Source: Raillietiella orientalis (Eukaryota). From it: a stretch of 64,000 bases of DNA. The DNA lies in the NCBI GenBank assembly GCA_036172245.1, contig JAYWIR010000017.1:3348001-3412000 (forward strand), given 5' to 3'. The notes beneath the pieces were generated by a model. The model was not told the origin of the DNA. It saw nothing but the letters and a program-made list of their open reading frames with translations, and searched no databases. Made by a program: the position numbers and the translations under genes. Positions 35,721 to 49,479 of this stretch are shown one piece after another (position 1 is the first letter of the stretch; each line of letters opens with the position of its first letter).

Positions 35721-38700
35721 AAGCCATGTTCTTGATGTGGGATGAAGAACCGGAGAAGCGTTTTCAGTCCCATGACAGTTGAAAACAATAAGATGGCGAT
35801 CGGCATGGGATCCACCAACTTTAGGCTTTCTCGAATGTAGGGAGCCCTTCCCGAATGTAGGGTTCTAGTGGTTTCGGAAGTAGAAAAAAAAAAAAAATTC
35901 CAAGAAAGTCGTGTTTCTCAGAAGAGAGAAGCTCATCTGATCTCCTCTCCGCTGTTTGACAGTCGTCTTGAGCATCCAAAGGTCACTGCATGAAAGTGAA
36001 GGAAACAATGGATGGTGGTGCGCAGTCTCTCGATGGTCTTCCGTTTGGCTCCGTGCCACTGGAACTGGCCCCCTTCAAGTGCTCCGAGCAGCCGTTTTCC
36101 AAAATCTAGAGTTGATAAACACATCGCCGGGTTATGGAAAACACACGTCAGGTGCTTACAATCTTCCAAACATAATTGATTTTCGCTTATCCAGATAAGC
36201 TTTCATAGAGAGACATCACTGTAATTCAATATCAAGGAAGGCGAGTTGTAATCACGACTAGTAATATATCATTCCGCTTGCCATATCCCATTTCAGTTTC
36301 TTCTTTTTAAGTATTTCCTCGCCATTCACCATGGAAGGCATTCCCTTATTTTGAATGGCACCTTAATGATGAAATCACGTCCTCGTGTTTCATTCTGGCT
36401 TTAGTTCAATTCTAGCTCCCAATCCATCTTTTTAAATTGCATTATTTCTGCTTGCACTTCAAATCTGCGGTTAGAAGGGAACTTGGAAGCGAGTAGAATT
36501 TCCGCTGCTCCATGAGCCTGCTTCTTTAATCAATATCTAACTACCTCTTTGCTATTCAGAACACATTCTCGCTAAAAAGTCGTTCGTGTGGAATTGCATT
36601 CTTCCCCTCCTCCTTAACTGAATTGTTCTTACATACAGATATGCAATTTTTGATTGCATATCTGACACATAGTCTCCTGGAAAGACGTCTGAACCGTCTG
36701 AAGAGCGCGAGTCTGGATTTTTCCAGAAATCCCTCCCGAATATCGCAGTCCTCCCGCTTCTTGTCGTTTCTGGTGATAACTTACGTGGCGCTGGTACACC
36801 TAATTAAAGATAGGGCGTGAAGGGACCTTTCCGCAGCAAGGGGTTCTGTAGGTTTTAAAGACTTCATTTTCGGAGCACCGTGCATGGGAGCATCGGAATT
36901 TTAAGGGACGGTCATGGGCATGCAATAATGGGATATTCTCATCTCCCATCAGATAGTGGAGCAATCCGACAAATGCTTTGCCAAGTCTGTAACGGTTCTG
37001 GGCACGGCACGCATTCAGGACGGCGGTGCTCTGATGGGGCTCTCCAAAAAGCTCCAATTTGCCTGCACTTTCTTCAGAATTAAAACTGCATTTCACGAAG
37101 CTCTTCAGCGAGCGATGAAGACTCGATCAAAACAAAATTGAATTTCGACCATTTCTCATTATTTCCCGAATGGCGAGGAACGAATCGGACGTAGGATAAA
37201 TCCCGAAGATGTTTTTTTCTTTCCCCTCTCTCTCTTTCTCTCATGACGCGGAAAGGTCTCCAGTTCGTTGTAAACAATTCACTAAATAAATTTTATCATC
37301 CATCATTCTGCTTACATAAGAGCATAAGGATATGTGCCCCTCTGTTAGTAAATAAAAGCCTTACTTGTCTTGGAATTCGGATGCAATCAACCTATGGAAA
37401 CGAGCTCAGGAAACTTATCGAAGATTTCTAAGATGATCGCAGTATTTTCCGGAAGGAATTCGGCGCAGGATCATTTTGTGAATGTCCAAAGATCAAATTA
37501 TCCCACCCTGCATCCCCATTCTTGCTCCCTGGCTGCTCTAGAGCTCTGTAGTTTTCGTGTATGGTCCAAATGAAAACCTTTCCCGATCCTGTGTATGGTG
37601 GATGGTCATTCTGGATAAGGGATATTGAAAACCTTCTCAAATGCCTTTGGATATTTGCATGCAAATCTCACGTACGAAAAATTTTTGTGGTTCATTTTCG
37701 TATTGCCGACGCGGGATTTATGACGGCACATTCGCTCCAAGAGAGCAGCTGATATTTCTGCCCATCGAAATACGAAGGCGAGAAGAGTTTATCGTTAACT
37801 ATTGTGGCTGTCATGACTTTGCGTCGTACCGCCGCCACCTATTTCGATGCGCCATTTTGAAAGCCTAATGAACCAGAAGATGCTTTCGTTTCCTGCAGAT
37901 CCGAAATATCTCCAAACACTGAATAAAAGGGGAGTTCCTGGAAAATGCTAGGCACGCTTACTTTCGGTGTTACCACCGGCAACGCGCATCTTCATCTGCG
38001 GCGATAAGGTGAACGGTATGTTTTTTTTTTTCACCAGGGATGAATTTCTGCATCGGCGCACGGGAAAAAAAATTCCAAACCCTTGAAACAGTTTCCTTTA
38101 AAGTTTTTCAGCGTGAAAACTGGAAATATTCTCCTTGGATCCTGCAAGTAACGACAACGCGTAATTTCCTGTCATCATCAAGCCACACTTTGGTGACTCC
38201 TCTTCAGGAGATTCGTATCCTTGCTGTTGGTTTAATTTCCTTCACACAGATTAAAATACGAAACCTGATTCAAGTATCTCAGCCATCTCGTAATCTGCAT
38301 GCTGAGAATTCATTACCTCAAGCTCATCCATCTCTTGATTCGTGTTCTCCTTCCATTTCGAACGTGTCCCACCTCCATCTCAAAGATAATTATCCTCTTT
38401 CCCATAAACAACCACCAGTGGAGAGATGTTGAAGGAATAGAGTATACGTGTCAATGCTTAAGGATGTCATTAAATAAATCCTGAACTCCGATGGGTTCCC
38501 TTAGTGTTTTTGAACTATTTTCCTTCTCGTTCGCAACTGAGGAAAGGATTGAAATCGTGATATATTTGACCTTGGGCAGGCTGGTCGCAATATTTAATTT
38601 TATGATGACCAGCTTCGTGGAAGGAGATGATGGGAGCATGACATCCTAAAACGAACAGTAACAAACGGATCCGTTAGCCGTTTGATGGCAGCCTCTTACT

Positions 38701-40549
38701 TTTTCTTTTTCTTTTTTTAAACAACTCGGCTTCCTACGATCAAGGCAGAACCACACCACAATCACAAGAAAAAAAGAAAAAAAAGGGATGATTTTAGTGC
38801 CTCGCGAAACGGGGCACCTTCCTTTCTCGATGGTTGCATCCGTAAAAATTCCGAGCTGTGCTTTTTAAGGATGCCTTCAGTGATGACATCGTGAAAATCA
38901 TCTCCAGTTTGTTATCCACTGTTCCTCAGCATTTGCAGCTCGTATCCACGCACATCTCAATCACAATGATAAATGAAAGCGAAAATTGAAATCACGCGCA
39001 TACGGAGTCCAGAAAGATCAGTCCTGTTTCCTGGACCACAGTTCAGACCACCATTCAGGAGCCATTTTCAATTGCTTCGAGTCAGTTTCCAAAAGACCAC
39101 GGGAACAGTAATCCGATGGACGTTACGGTTGCGAAGAAATGAAACGTCGGTTTCTTGATCGATATTTCGATTGCCAGTCGAGAGCTCTGTGCTAGATTGC
39201 GCTACCTTTAAACGCTTCCTGGGATGATAAAGCGCGATGCATGTGCCATAATAAGATCCTCCAATGCTATCTCTTGAACAAACAAAAGAATGCACCAAAG
39301 GAAACGATCCATAACTTCCGTTTCTTGCAGCATCGTCTTACAACTACTAAGGGCGGATGAGTTTTTATGGCGTGGAGCACTTTCGTTGATAAACACAAAT
39401 TTGTTTGAGGGTCTTTCGTCCGGATGAACTGGATTGGAATCATTTTTTCCAGCTCCTCAACCTGAGCAGTGGACTCAGGAAATCATTTTTAAGTTTGAAG
39501 GGCCTCGGACGAAAGGGGGAGATGCTTTGTCCTAAGTTACTCAGACAACCATTCTTCTCTTTCCTCCTTGTAACCTGCAAAGCAAGGAAAAACAGAAATC
39601 GAAATCTCTGATCCAAAAGCGCTGTTCCTTATCCCCCCCCCCCCCTAAAAGTCTGCATTTTGTTGGTGTTTCGAGGTTGGCCTGAAAGAAACAAAAAAGA
39701 TCGAGGACCCCAGAAAAGGCAAGCACGTCGACGTTCCGTTGCTCCAGTTTGTCATTGATCGCTTTCGTTTCTGATTCATCGCAGAATGATTCTGAGGATT
39801 TGATGGGTCCGAAACACTTGAGCTTCCATCTTTCAAGAGTGAGTCTGTCTTTGCTAGACGGTTTCCATGGGAACTCCATCCTCTTTCCTACCACAGTAAT
39901 AATGAGTGCATCAATTACCGCTTCTTGACTGTGCTTCAGATGGGTTCGAGTTGCCTTCCTCTTTGAAATGAAAATCCTTGCTCGACCTCTATTTTCCCGA
40001 GCTATCAAAGAAAAAAAAAAAAATGACAGAAGCGCACCCGGTGTCTCGATGAAAAGTGGGCTCAAATGCCTCATCAAAATCACCCAATAATGACGCAGAA
40101 CCCTCATCCTGGTGTCCCTTTCTTGGATCACAAGCATGCATCCTGCATCTGTTATCTGGTCTCACCCATTGCTCTACTTCCAAGTGAGAATTAAAGAAGC
40201 AGACTTGCTCCAAAAGGGATGCGAGTTTGATCCGATCATGGGTCTGCTGATGAAGTTCTTCGTTTAGAGAATTCTCTCGTTCAAAGTGAATGTCAGCAAG
40301 CATCTTTGCAGATGCGACTGACGTCACAAAGTAGCGTCATTCTGCTCCCGCCGGAAAACGAAGGAAGCACTTCCTCACTCCTCCATTAGGGCTGGTCCAC
40401 AAATCTGTTTATTTCCCTTCTACGGTCATCATGTCCTCAGATTTAACGGCTCGCAGTTTCTGAACACCTTTGGCACGCATCCCATGCCTTCCAGAGACTT
40501 TTTCGAAGGAGCTACAGCTTTGTTTTCTTCTTCAAGTCATTTTCTTGTG

Positions 40550-41520
40550 TCAACTTTGGGGAGGCCTCCGGATATGACCTTTAAACAGAGAGGCGAGGTT
40601 CCATTTTCTGTAGGAAACCGAAATTTTGTGCAGGATTACTGCTCCGAGTAGCTGAAGCTTTCGAGACAAACCTTGGAAATTCTGAGCACTCAAGGACTCA
40701 TCTCGGAAAATCAAAATAGAAACTGGAAGATGTTTCCGCGCACGCGGGATGCAGGAAATTTCGAAGGATGCAGTTTCGCAGTGAAAAGACCATGGCTGTA
40801 TTGTTTTCTTGAAGAGAGCTTCATTCATCTGAGATTTCATCTTGCACGCTACGATAAAAACGATCAAGAGGAATCGAACCAAATCACTGTCTCCCGAAAG
40901 TGATTCCTTAATTTATGACGTTTCAGACCTGCTTTTCCTCCCGCATTTGGAATTAAAGAAAAGGCTTGATCCGTTTCCAGAGTGGTCCATCGAAGACGTA
41001 CTGCATGGTCTCGCAGGCTTTCTCTCTTCCCTCATTACAATCAGTGCACACTCATCGTCGCAAGACCCCCTAGTGGTTATAGGTCGACTCGTTTCCAGCT
41101 GCTTGAAGTTAACTCGTTTAAGACGAGAGGTACTCAGAGTGAGAAAATGGTCGGGTAAGAAAAAAATCAAATCTGATAAACATTTTCATTTAGGAATCGC
41201 TCTTATCGATCCTGGAAGTTTTGCATATCAGCGATCGGCGGCTCATTCTCAGAGACTCTTGAACGCTTAGAAAGGAAACTGCCGAAATCTTCCAGAAATT
41301 CTCGTTCTGTTTCATCGTCAGCTTCTTTCCAAGACGTCGTACAAGATGGGATGTTGATGATTCGTGGCAGTTCCTTCTCTGCGATATGCATCATTCGAGA
41401 AGACGCAGATATGGTTTCGTTCGGTTCCTTCCCTGCTTACCCGTGGACAGCGTGCTTTCTTCTCCAAAAGACTGCGTTCTGTGGTCACTGAAGCTCGCAA
41501 CCTCTTCGCTGGTGCTCAGC
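40550..41520 (-). mobile_element. Decayed CACTA/EnSpm-like (Tnp2-type) transposase
   Basis: Collinear motifs: HICVFSNDAYRRE (HxCPNDC.LY..E), IPSCTTSWK (CPxC.tsRWK), RFRQFPF (F.YFPL), MQYVFDGPLWKRIKPFL at ~40960-41010 (M.DV.DG..WK.F) and GITFG. No terminal inverted repeats identified. Confidence 0.45.
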
Positions 41521-44059
41521 TCATCTCCTGAAAACGAAATCCATGTTTGCAAGAGCATCTGAATTTTTTTCTTGGTCGTAGATGCAAGCCGCCTCTCATC
41601 TTGAAGGCTTTCACTTGTGCAATGCTGAAGAGACAGACGATGCTGACGGGATTGGCAGAGTGGATGTTGTCCTCACTTCAGTCACACCATCCCTGCTGTC
41701 ATCCCTCTAGAGGTTCCAGGAATCTCTTTCAACAAGAAATCTCAGGAAGCTTGTTGCTGGACCGATCATTTTCTTGCATCCTTTCTGAAGACAAAACACC
41801 GGCCAAGGCTGCCGTTTGCGTGTTCCGAAAGATTTTCGATTTTCCATTCTTGGCGAGGAACCACGTGCGCTCTGCGTGTGTGGTGGAGGGCTGGAAGTCC
41901 TCAAGGAAAACATCTTCAGAGGAAGAAAGCACTTTGAATTTTGAATGTCCTTAAATTCAATTTTGTCCCATCCCTTTATTTATGATTGTTGATACGTCCC
42001 ATTTCATCCAACCGCGGCCCATTATTCACCACAAATTTAAATCGATATCTGCAATCGCATCTGTTCCGTCTCATTCTGCCCAGGGAATGTATTTTTATTT
42101 TTATTTTCTTTTGGTTTAATAAAAGGAGACTCCTTTTATTTGCTTCCAGTGCGCATAAATACCCAAACACAGATTAGCTTGCGTCGATCAGTGCTCGTGA
42201 CACCAAATCCCATCAGAGCTCCTGAAGTGAAGCCTCTATCAGGATGTCGTGAAGCTCTTGAAGCGCTGTCTTTGTGTATTCTCACGCAGTCAAAGGTGAT
42301 AGATAGATCCTGTTTGAGGCTTCCGTGTCACTGCGTTACGTAGCTGGTACGGCAGTGTTTGTGTATGAAGAGAGAACTGAGAGCACACATCGGGAAACGT
42401 GAGTCCACCTCAAGTTGCAGACGTAGGGGAAAACTTTCTTGTTCGAATATCTGATACTTGCGACTGAATAAAATTCCTCCGCTCATAGGAGAATCCAGCC
42501 ACCAATGCCAAGTGTTGGCATTGGTGGCAAGTGTTCTCTGTACAGTACAGCTTTGGACACATTTCGCATATTTCGTCAGATGAGACTAAAACTTACTGGC
42601 AGTGGTCAGAGGGTAGTGCTCATATGAGTGCATCACTACGTCTGCTGATATAACAAGAACCGAACAGAAACCACAGATTGTGGATGATCAAAGATGGAAA
42701 ACCCTTGAGGGGGATTTTCCTCTCTGCTACCCTGGTAGTTTTTGTGGATACAACGATTCGTGGATGAACTATGAACCTAAAATCGAAATGCCAACTATTG
42801 CAAGCATGCAGCCTTACACACACAAATGTATATATCATTTATATCTACATAAAGGATATATACCTTCGTATAGAAGAATGAATGGCTAAGTCTGATAAAT
42901 TCGTGATGAATTCTTAAGGATGAAATAAGCGTCACACCCACAGACGTATGTATGTGGTACGTTATTTCGTTCCATATATGTTTGTACGCATCATTATCAA
43001 GTTTGGGCATTCATTCTTTGGAGAGATTGTCGTTTATGCGTATGTGTGTTACTGAATCTACTGTGATGGAATGCATTTCACGTCCGTGCAGCTTCCTTCA
43101 TCAGTACCACTGTAAAAAAAAAAAGGTCTATTTCTGAAGCACCACGAAAGCTACTATAGCTAGTTGTTGTGACGGCGGTACTGCGAGATTTCATGCTTTC
43201 CCTCCAGAGCAGTGTGGAACGGGTTTATTTTCCTCAGCTCAGATCCGGCGCATCTCGGAACAGGAGACGAAATATTCGATCGCAAATGGCGCTTGAATTC
43301 CTGTGTTTGTGTGAGCGCCTGAGGCCGCCGGCCGTCCCAGTATTTATGAAATTCCCTGTTACTCGCGGAATACTGTGTGCTGTCACCAATTAATTGCATT
43401 TCTAGTGAGCAATCATTCCACGAAACGTCACTATGTAGAATGGGCAATGGAACCCATAAAGGAAATCCAAGCGCGGAGCAAAGATTGTTGAGGACATACA
43501 GAGAGATCTACGTGAGAAACCTGAGAGCGAAAGCTTCCCGTCGTTGCTACAGATGAATTTTTCCGATGCTTCTGAGTCCGGTTGTCATTTGTGTACTCAT
43601 CTTCTAAACTCATCCAAGGAGAGTTTCCGATTCTTCTTTCAGCAAAATCGCTCTTGTCAGGAAAGGAGCACGAGCTAGAGCAGCAGTGGTTGCTTGGAAA
43701 CTTACAACATGTGCGCCTTCACTACCCTCTCGCACCGCAAAGTGACTGGATAAAACGGTGTGGTCATTTGAAACCTACCACATGACGGCTCGAAACTTTC
43801 TCTCTCCTTCGGAACTTTCGGAGTCTGGGAGAGGAGGGAAAAACTGTCGGTAGAAAAAAATTAAGGAACGATCAGGATAGACAACGAGAGATGCTCCGGG
43901 AAAGCGCTCTTCCACCCTGGGATCCGAATTCCAAAGTCCTTTCCATCTCCGGGATGCATTTTCTCACTACGCAATAAAGAGATGGGGTGTCTCCTCTCAG
44001 TGTGCCTCGAAGCATCCTTCTATCAAATAACTGGGAACATCGTCGTGAAAAGAAACGTC

Positions 44060-44560
44060 ATGTATGCCAACTGCCTACCTTTCGGGAGTGAATTCAGTTG
44101 GGTCCATCGGCAAACCTAAACTCTTTCACAGGTTTCCACCAAAACGCCGTCAGAATTCCATCGCAAAGCAGACCTCGACGGCCAGAAGGGTATTGCACAA
44201 CATTCCATGCCTCATTAGTAAGACCTCGGACCCTACTAATGTTGATGACAAGAAACGCCTCAGAGAAAATACTTTATGCCATCGAGGAACGTGGCACGCA
44301 AGATTCGCGGCAGCAACGACTTCGCTTCAGTTGTCTCAACGCAGGACTGAACCCGTTCCTAGGAAACGAACCACTTCTGCCTCCCCCAAAGCTTTTCCGC
44401 ATCTGAGCTAGTCCTTTCCTCAAATTCATCTTTTTCCAAAAGCCCGATGGTGCTTTCATGCAGAAGAACGCCCGCTTCGACGCCAATGGGATCATTTCGC
44501 TCTCGGAGCGATCATTTGCCCTACAAGCTCGTTCTCCGCAGCAGCCATAATCTCATATGC
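44060..44560 (+). mobile_element. Decayed LINE post-RT region (I/Nimb-like)
   Basis: YLSGV (YLGV), FHASLVRPR (LYKSLVRP) and GAF..STPMGSFRSRSDHLPYKL (GAFRSTP.ESL..E...LPL.L). Confidence 0.35.
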
Positions 44561-45399
44561 AAATTCTACCTTTTTCGATTTCGCTCGGAACCTTGAACAG
44601 GGGTGCCATTTCTTCCATCCATGGAAACTTCGATGGATGCGATCACCAGTTCCTCCCACGTGTTCCGAGCGGATGCGTGCGTAAGTCTAATGCTGTGTGT
44701 ACTTTCGGTGCTTTCCAGTGCTTTCCCTCTCTGAAACCGTTCCTTCCCATGTGAGGAGTTCCCCAAAGAAGCACTTGGAGCGGGATCACGTTTCCGGATG
44801 AGCGTTCTTCACGATGATGCAAAAAAAGAGAAGCGTTTTTTTTTCTTTTCTTTCTTTCTTTCTTTTCTTTCCAACTGCTCGAAGGATATTAAATCAACTC
44901 TGTATGTGCCAGCTTCCCTTGTGTCCCCAATTTCTCCAGATTCGTGGAAACGGGAATAACTCAGGATATCACTCTCCACTTTTTTTGATTTCAACTAATG
45001 AAGTGAAAACCGCAGGACCATTTATGCGATTGTGCCTCAAATTTGTAGACAGAACAGGCCATTTCTTAAAAATGCCCCCAAATATTTATATCTCTGGAGC
45101 GGAGGGCTTCTCTATGTGAGAATCAGGGGGTTCCATAAGCACGGAGGACCGCTTTCACAGTGCCATTTTTAAGACGAAGCCTCCGGGAGGCAAGCGTCTG
45201 AGTTGCTGCTTTGGCTTTGCGAGGATGGATGGCGGACTGACAACTGGTCGTCGTCTTTGGTAGCCGCTCCTCGGAGGGCAAACCGCGGAATGCACTTTGG
45301 CAGGATCACGGAGGCATGCCGTGCCAACCTGTGTGAATCGGAAGACAGACGTTTGACAGCTTTCATATGAGTATTTTATATCGTTTATCTACTCATCTC

Positions 45400-45750
45400 T
45401 CCATCGTTTCTTCGGTGGTGACCACGCAGGCTTGGAAACCTTTTCTGGTTTTTCTAACTCTTCGCTGATTCCGTTTTTCCGATGTCTTGAAAGGATGATT
45501 TCCTCCGTGGCTTCATAGGAACTGCTGCGGAAGACTTGGAGATAGCTCCCGACTACTTCGAAAGCAGCTACCTCTAAAAGAGGGAAAGGAGATAGTAAGA
45601 ACCTGTTTTTTCCCCTGATGCATTTGGTGGAGTTGGTGCTCGACTTTTGCATGTTCAAAGTGGTTTTCCACTGGCGATCCCTTTTGCCGTTTTAGAGGGT
45701 AGTGAGTTGCAGATGAAAGCATCCTGAGTATCACTCAAGTCTCCTCATAC
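45400..45750 (-). mobile_element. Possible decayed LINE reverse-transcriptase fragment
   Basis: HFEHAKVEHQLHQ (FK.AKV.PI.K) followed by KNRFLLSPFPLLEVAAFEVV (NYRPI.LL....K.FE.vv). Confidence 0.3.
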
Positions 45751-48700
45751 ATGAGATCAACGAGTTCTTGCTTCAGGGTAGATTCCATCAGCAGACAATC
45801 CGAGGCATTCTATGGGGGGGGGGGTCCACTGCCGGCTAAGTGCCGAAGTAGCAGCAAACCTTTGGATGTTCAGAAGGAAAACGAACTCCGAGCTATGCAT
45901 TTTCTCTCTTGATTGCGATTCGCTGCGTGCTTACACTGATGCCTTCATCTGAGGGATCCATCAATTAATAACTTGGCAGACGCTGACTTCCTATGGAATC
46001 GCTGATGTAGGAACCCGAAATGTATTTGGCAGCAGACTCTGTGCTTATAAAGAGCATAATGTATTGATCCTTTTTTGCAGCAGACGAAAGACCTCTTCAG
46101 GTTCGTTATTGTTCTTGTGGGTGCAGCAAGTCTTGCTTTTTCTAGTTGGTACAGCTGTGACCGTGCTCGTTTCCTGGTGCTAGCATTCCTGATCCGAACC
46201 TTTGCAGCCTCCCACATCCGCGTTTCACCTTCCTTCATTTCCACAGAGCCAGCTCGAGCACCGCGAATGTTTCTGCACTCCTCCGCTTTGGAAGCCGTCT
46301 CGAAGTAAAACCAAGGATCGCTTTTTGATAAAAACTCTGTCCTTAACATGCGATCGAAGTTTACCTATTGGTCCGGATGGTGCAGATTCTCTTTAGTTCA
46401 GTTGAAATCCATCTTCTGAGAGTAGATTGCTAAGAAAGACCCAATGAGATAGAGAGATTGCTGTTTACTACTCTTCCCCTATGCATGAGATCTGTGGATT
46501 TTCTCGACAGTACGGAACACAATCCGCTTCAGCAAGGAAGAGAGCCCAAGCAAAGAAGAAGGCGGTTGCCGACTATCAAGTGTACCAGAATAACGGACCT
46601 TCCGATGTGTGTTGCGTAGAGGAGATCCAAGAGTGCTTTTACGTACGATCATCCACGAGGACGATGATTTTTGGTTTGCGTGGGCATCAAGGGTTTATCC
46701 AAATTTATCATTGTGGAATCAACGGCCGCGTTCAATCATGTATTTGAAATCGGGTTGTAATGGATAACAACAAATCGAATTATGATCCGAGGGAACTGCT
46801 CCAGAAACACACGGAATCGAGTGTTATCAATCTTGCATCTTTGTTGCTTCCTGACAACCGTCCGACAATTGTGTCGTAAGAAAATAATAATTCCGCATTG
46901 TCCTTGCAGAGTAATAAATGGGAAATGGAGGGGAAATGAAATCGAGTTAGAGGTGGGAAGCGGTTAGCTGGAGATTGATAATCGTCGATTTGTTGGGCCG
47001 AAAACTCCGCTGCCAACTTATGCTGCTCGTCACCAATCTGTCAGCAGAGGCACGGGATCTCCGTCTCGACGCTCAGCCTAGCGAATTTGATCTGGAACGA
47101 GCTGAGCAGTTTTCCGATTTGTTGGAAAACGGGAAATTCATCCCCAGTGTGGGCAATCGATTCCCAAAATTCCAGCCGAAGAAACCAATATGTTGTCGAG
47201 CAACGTGTGATGCGGAAAGCTATGATCTCCGGCTCGTGTTGTTCCTTTTGCCTTGGTTTCCTTGTGATTGGAGAATGATCTGACAGAACTCGGTTATTGT
47301 TCTGAGGAATGCTGTCTCGCGGCTGAGAAGGATTCGGGAACGGAACAGAATGCTTGTGTTCTTACGGAAACAAACCTTGCCATTCCTCCAAGATGTTACA
47401 AGGCACTCACTCGTTTTCACAAACTATTCCTTTTCTAATGACTTCCAGATATGGATTCGAGAAAACGGGATGGTTTGCGGTAGAGATGGTACCGAAAGGG
47501 CTGACCAAGATTGGACCGAAACGGGTTAAGCCAACCAATGATATCCAGCTGCGGCCAAAGTATCCCTTCATGCCATTGGGAAACGCGATGCTCCAGAGGT
47601 AGTCGAAAACCGAAGTATCTTTTAGGCAGAGAAGAGTGTGTTCGAAATCTCGAAACTTTGCCTGCTCGCAGATTTCCGACAACCTGGAGATTTCCTCCTC
47701 TTTCAACAGACTTATTTCTTGCTTTTTATCAGAAAAAAAACTCAGGAAAATTTCAGTCCTAATCTGATGGCAGCTGCACTTCCTAATTAGATGCTATCTA
47801 ACGGGATGCAATTTGATTTGAACTTCCGAGATGCATGGTGCATGCTTGCTGTCCGTTGCAGTTGCTTCCGGATGCAAAGCAAAGCACTTCCAGCGTTTGG
47901 AACGACGGTCGATGTCGAATGTGAGCGGCCTTCAACGTCCCTGCCAGCAGTGCATCTTCTCTTTGCAACGAGATCCCAAGTTCCACAGCGGTTCATCAGC
48001 CTGCGAAGCCCAGGGCGCTCGGGTTTCCATTTGGCACGGCTCTGGTTCTCCCGCGCGGCCACGTGATGGTGGAAATTCGGTGGATGCTCCGTATCGGTCC
48101 GCAGCCAAACGTGGACGCAGTAAGACGCCCGGGCCTTTCAGCGGTGCTCCTTCGAGCTCCTCGGTGGCTCGACGGCAACGAAAGGAACGCCGAAGCAACG
48201 AGGGGAAGCATCCGCGGCCAAGTGATTCCAGGTAGTAAATTTTGCCTGTTGTGGCTGACGGAGGAGGCGGTAATTTTTAATTGCACGCTGCGGACGGTAG
48301 GTAACATCCCTTTCGCGCATTTCCCGGAGGAAGGAGTGGGACATTTGATACGCTCATTTCCATAAACAGCGGCTTGTTCCGTTGGTCGCTGCACTGTTTA
48401 TTGGTCTCTCGGAGAAAGTTGTTTGTTGTTCCGCCGTTCTCTTATTGACGGAGGCGCGCGACACCTCGCGAACAAAGGGGGAAACTCAAAGGGGCAAAGG
48501 GGAGGAGCCTCCGCCATCGTACAGCCGTACACCTACTTCCCAAATGCAATACCATTTTTCTTGTTTGAAGTTCGGAAAACGAAAATTCGGAATCGAGAAA
48601 CTCAAAGGCAAGGCTGAAAATGAGAACAAACAATTGATTTTTCCCGAATATCTGGGAAGAACAAAAGGGATGCTGGAACCACCGAAGGAAATGCAATCTG

Positions 48701-49479
48701 CTTAAAAGCCGCGGGATTATAAATTATCGCTCCAATCAATCTCTACTTCTGTCAAATACGGGAGAGATTTTAAACCTTGTGTTTTGCTCGTCGCCCGTGC
48801 ATCTCTGGTTCCAGAGCCGCTTGTCTTTAAAGCGTATCTGGTCACTCCCGATTCCGCGAGCGACCGAGGCATTCCTGGGTCCGGTTGCACTTTCTCCGGG
48901 GCCTCAAGAAGCACGCCTTTGAGGAGGAGGCTCTTCGGGAAGCATTCGGGAATGGAATTCCAAATTTTCTAACTCCTCGTCTTCAACAAGCCCTAAGGGC
49001 CAGGGAGCCAGTGCCATTGCTTTGCTTCGCCTTTTCCCGTGGTACTTCCAGCTGTCCAAATCCGCAACTACCAACCACTATGACCCACTTTTCGGGAACA
49101 TGGAGCACCGTCGTCGTCGCAGTGTGCTGCGCACATCGCAGGGGTGGAAGTGAAGGAAGGATGGCGCACGAGAGATGGCCCTTGAAGAGAGATGCAGCTT
49201 TGGATCTCTCGCGATCCATTTTCTCCACCTTTCCGCTTCTTCCTCGAAAATTCGCACCACTAGGTGAACACCCCTGCAACGAGGTGCTCCCGAAGAACCC
49301 GTTTTCAGAAAAATGAAATTTTTGATTCGCAGGCTCTCTCCAGGTCTGGGAAAAGCAGGAAAAAAAAAACCAAAAGAAAAAAGAGCATAATCAATTTGTG
49401 GCAGTCGAAGGCACGAACGCTCTCCCAAGAAAGGCTTCGAGTTCGCTCCTGTAACTGGAACACTTTTTAGATTGAACTT

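Noticed and set aside
36900..36990. GYSHLPSDSGAI, resembling a GHSxLPCDxDFG DDE transposase motif
   Set aside because: One partial motif only.
43170..43370. SSVERVYFPQL...RRRNI and SIYEIPC
   Set aside because: Ambiguous between a hAT C-terminus and a Penelope GIY-YIG region; cannot be assigned by eye.
47530..47620. LWSIAFPNGMKGY (minus strand), resembling a Helitron Rep motif
   Set aside because: No other Rep or helicase motifs nearby.
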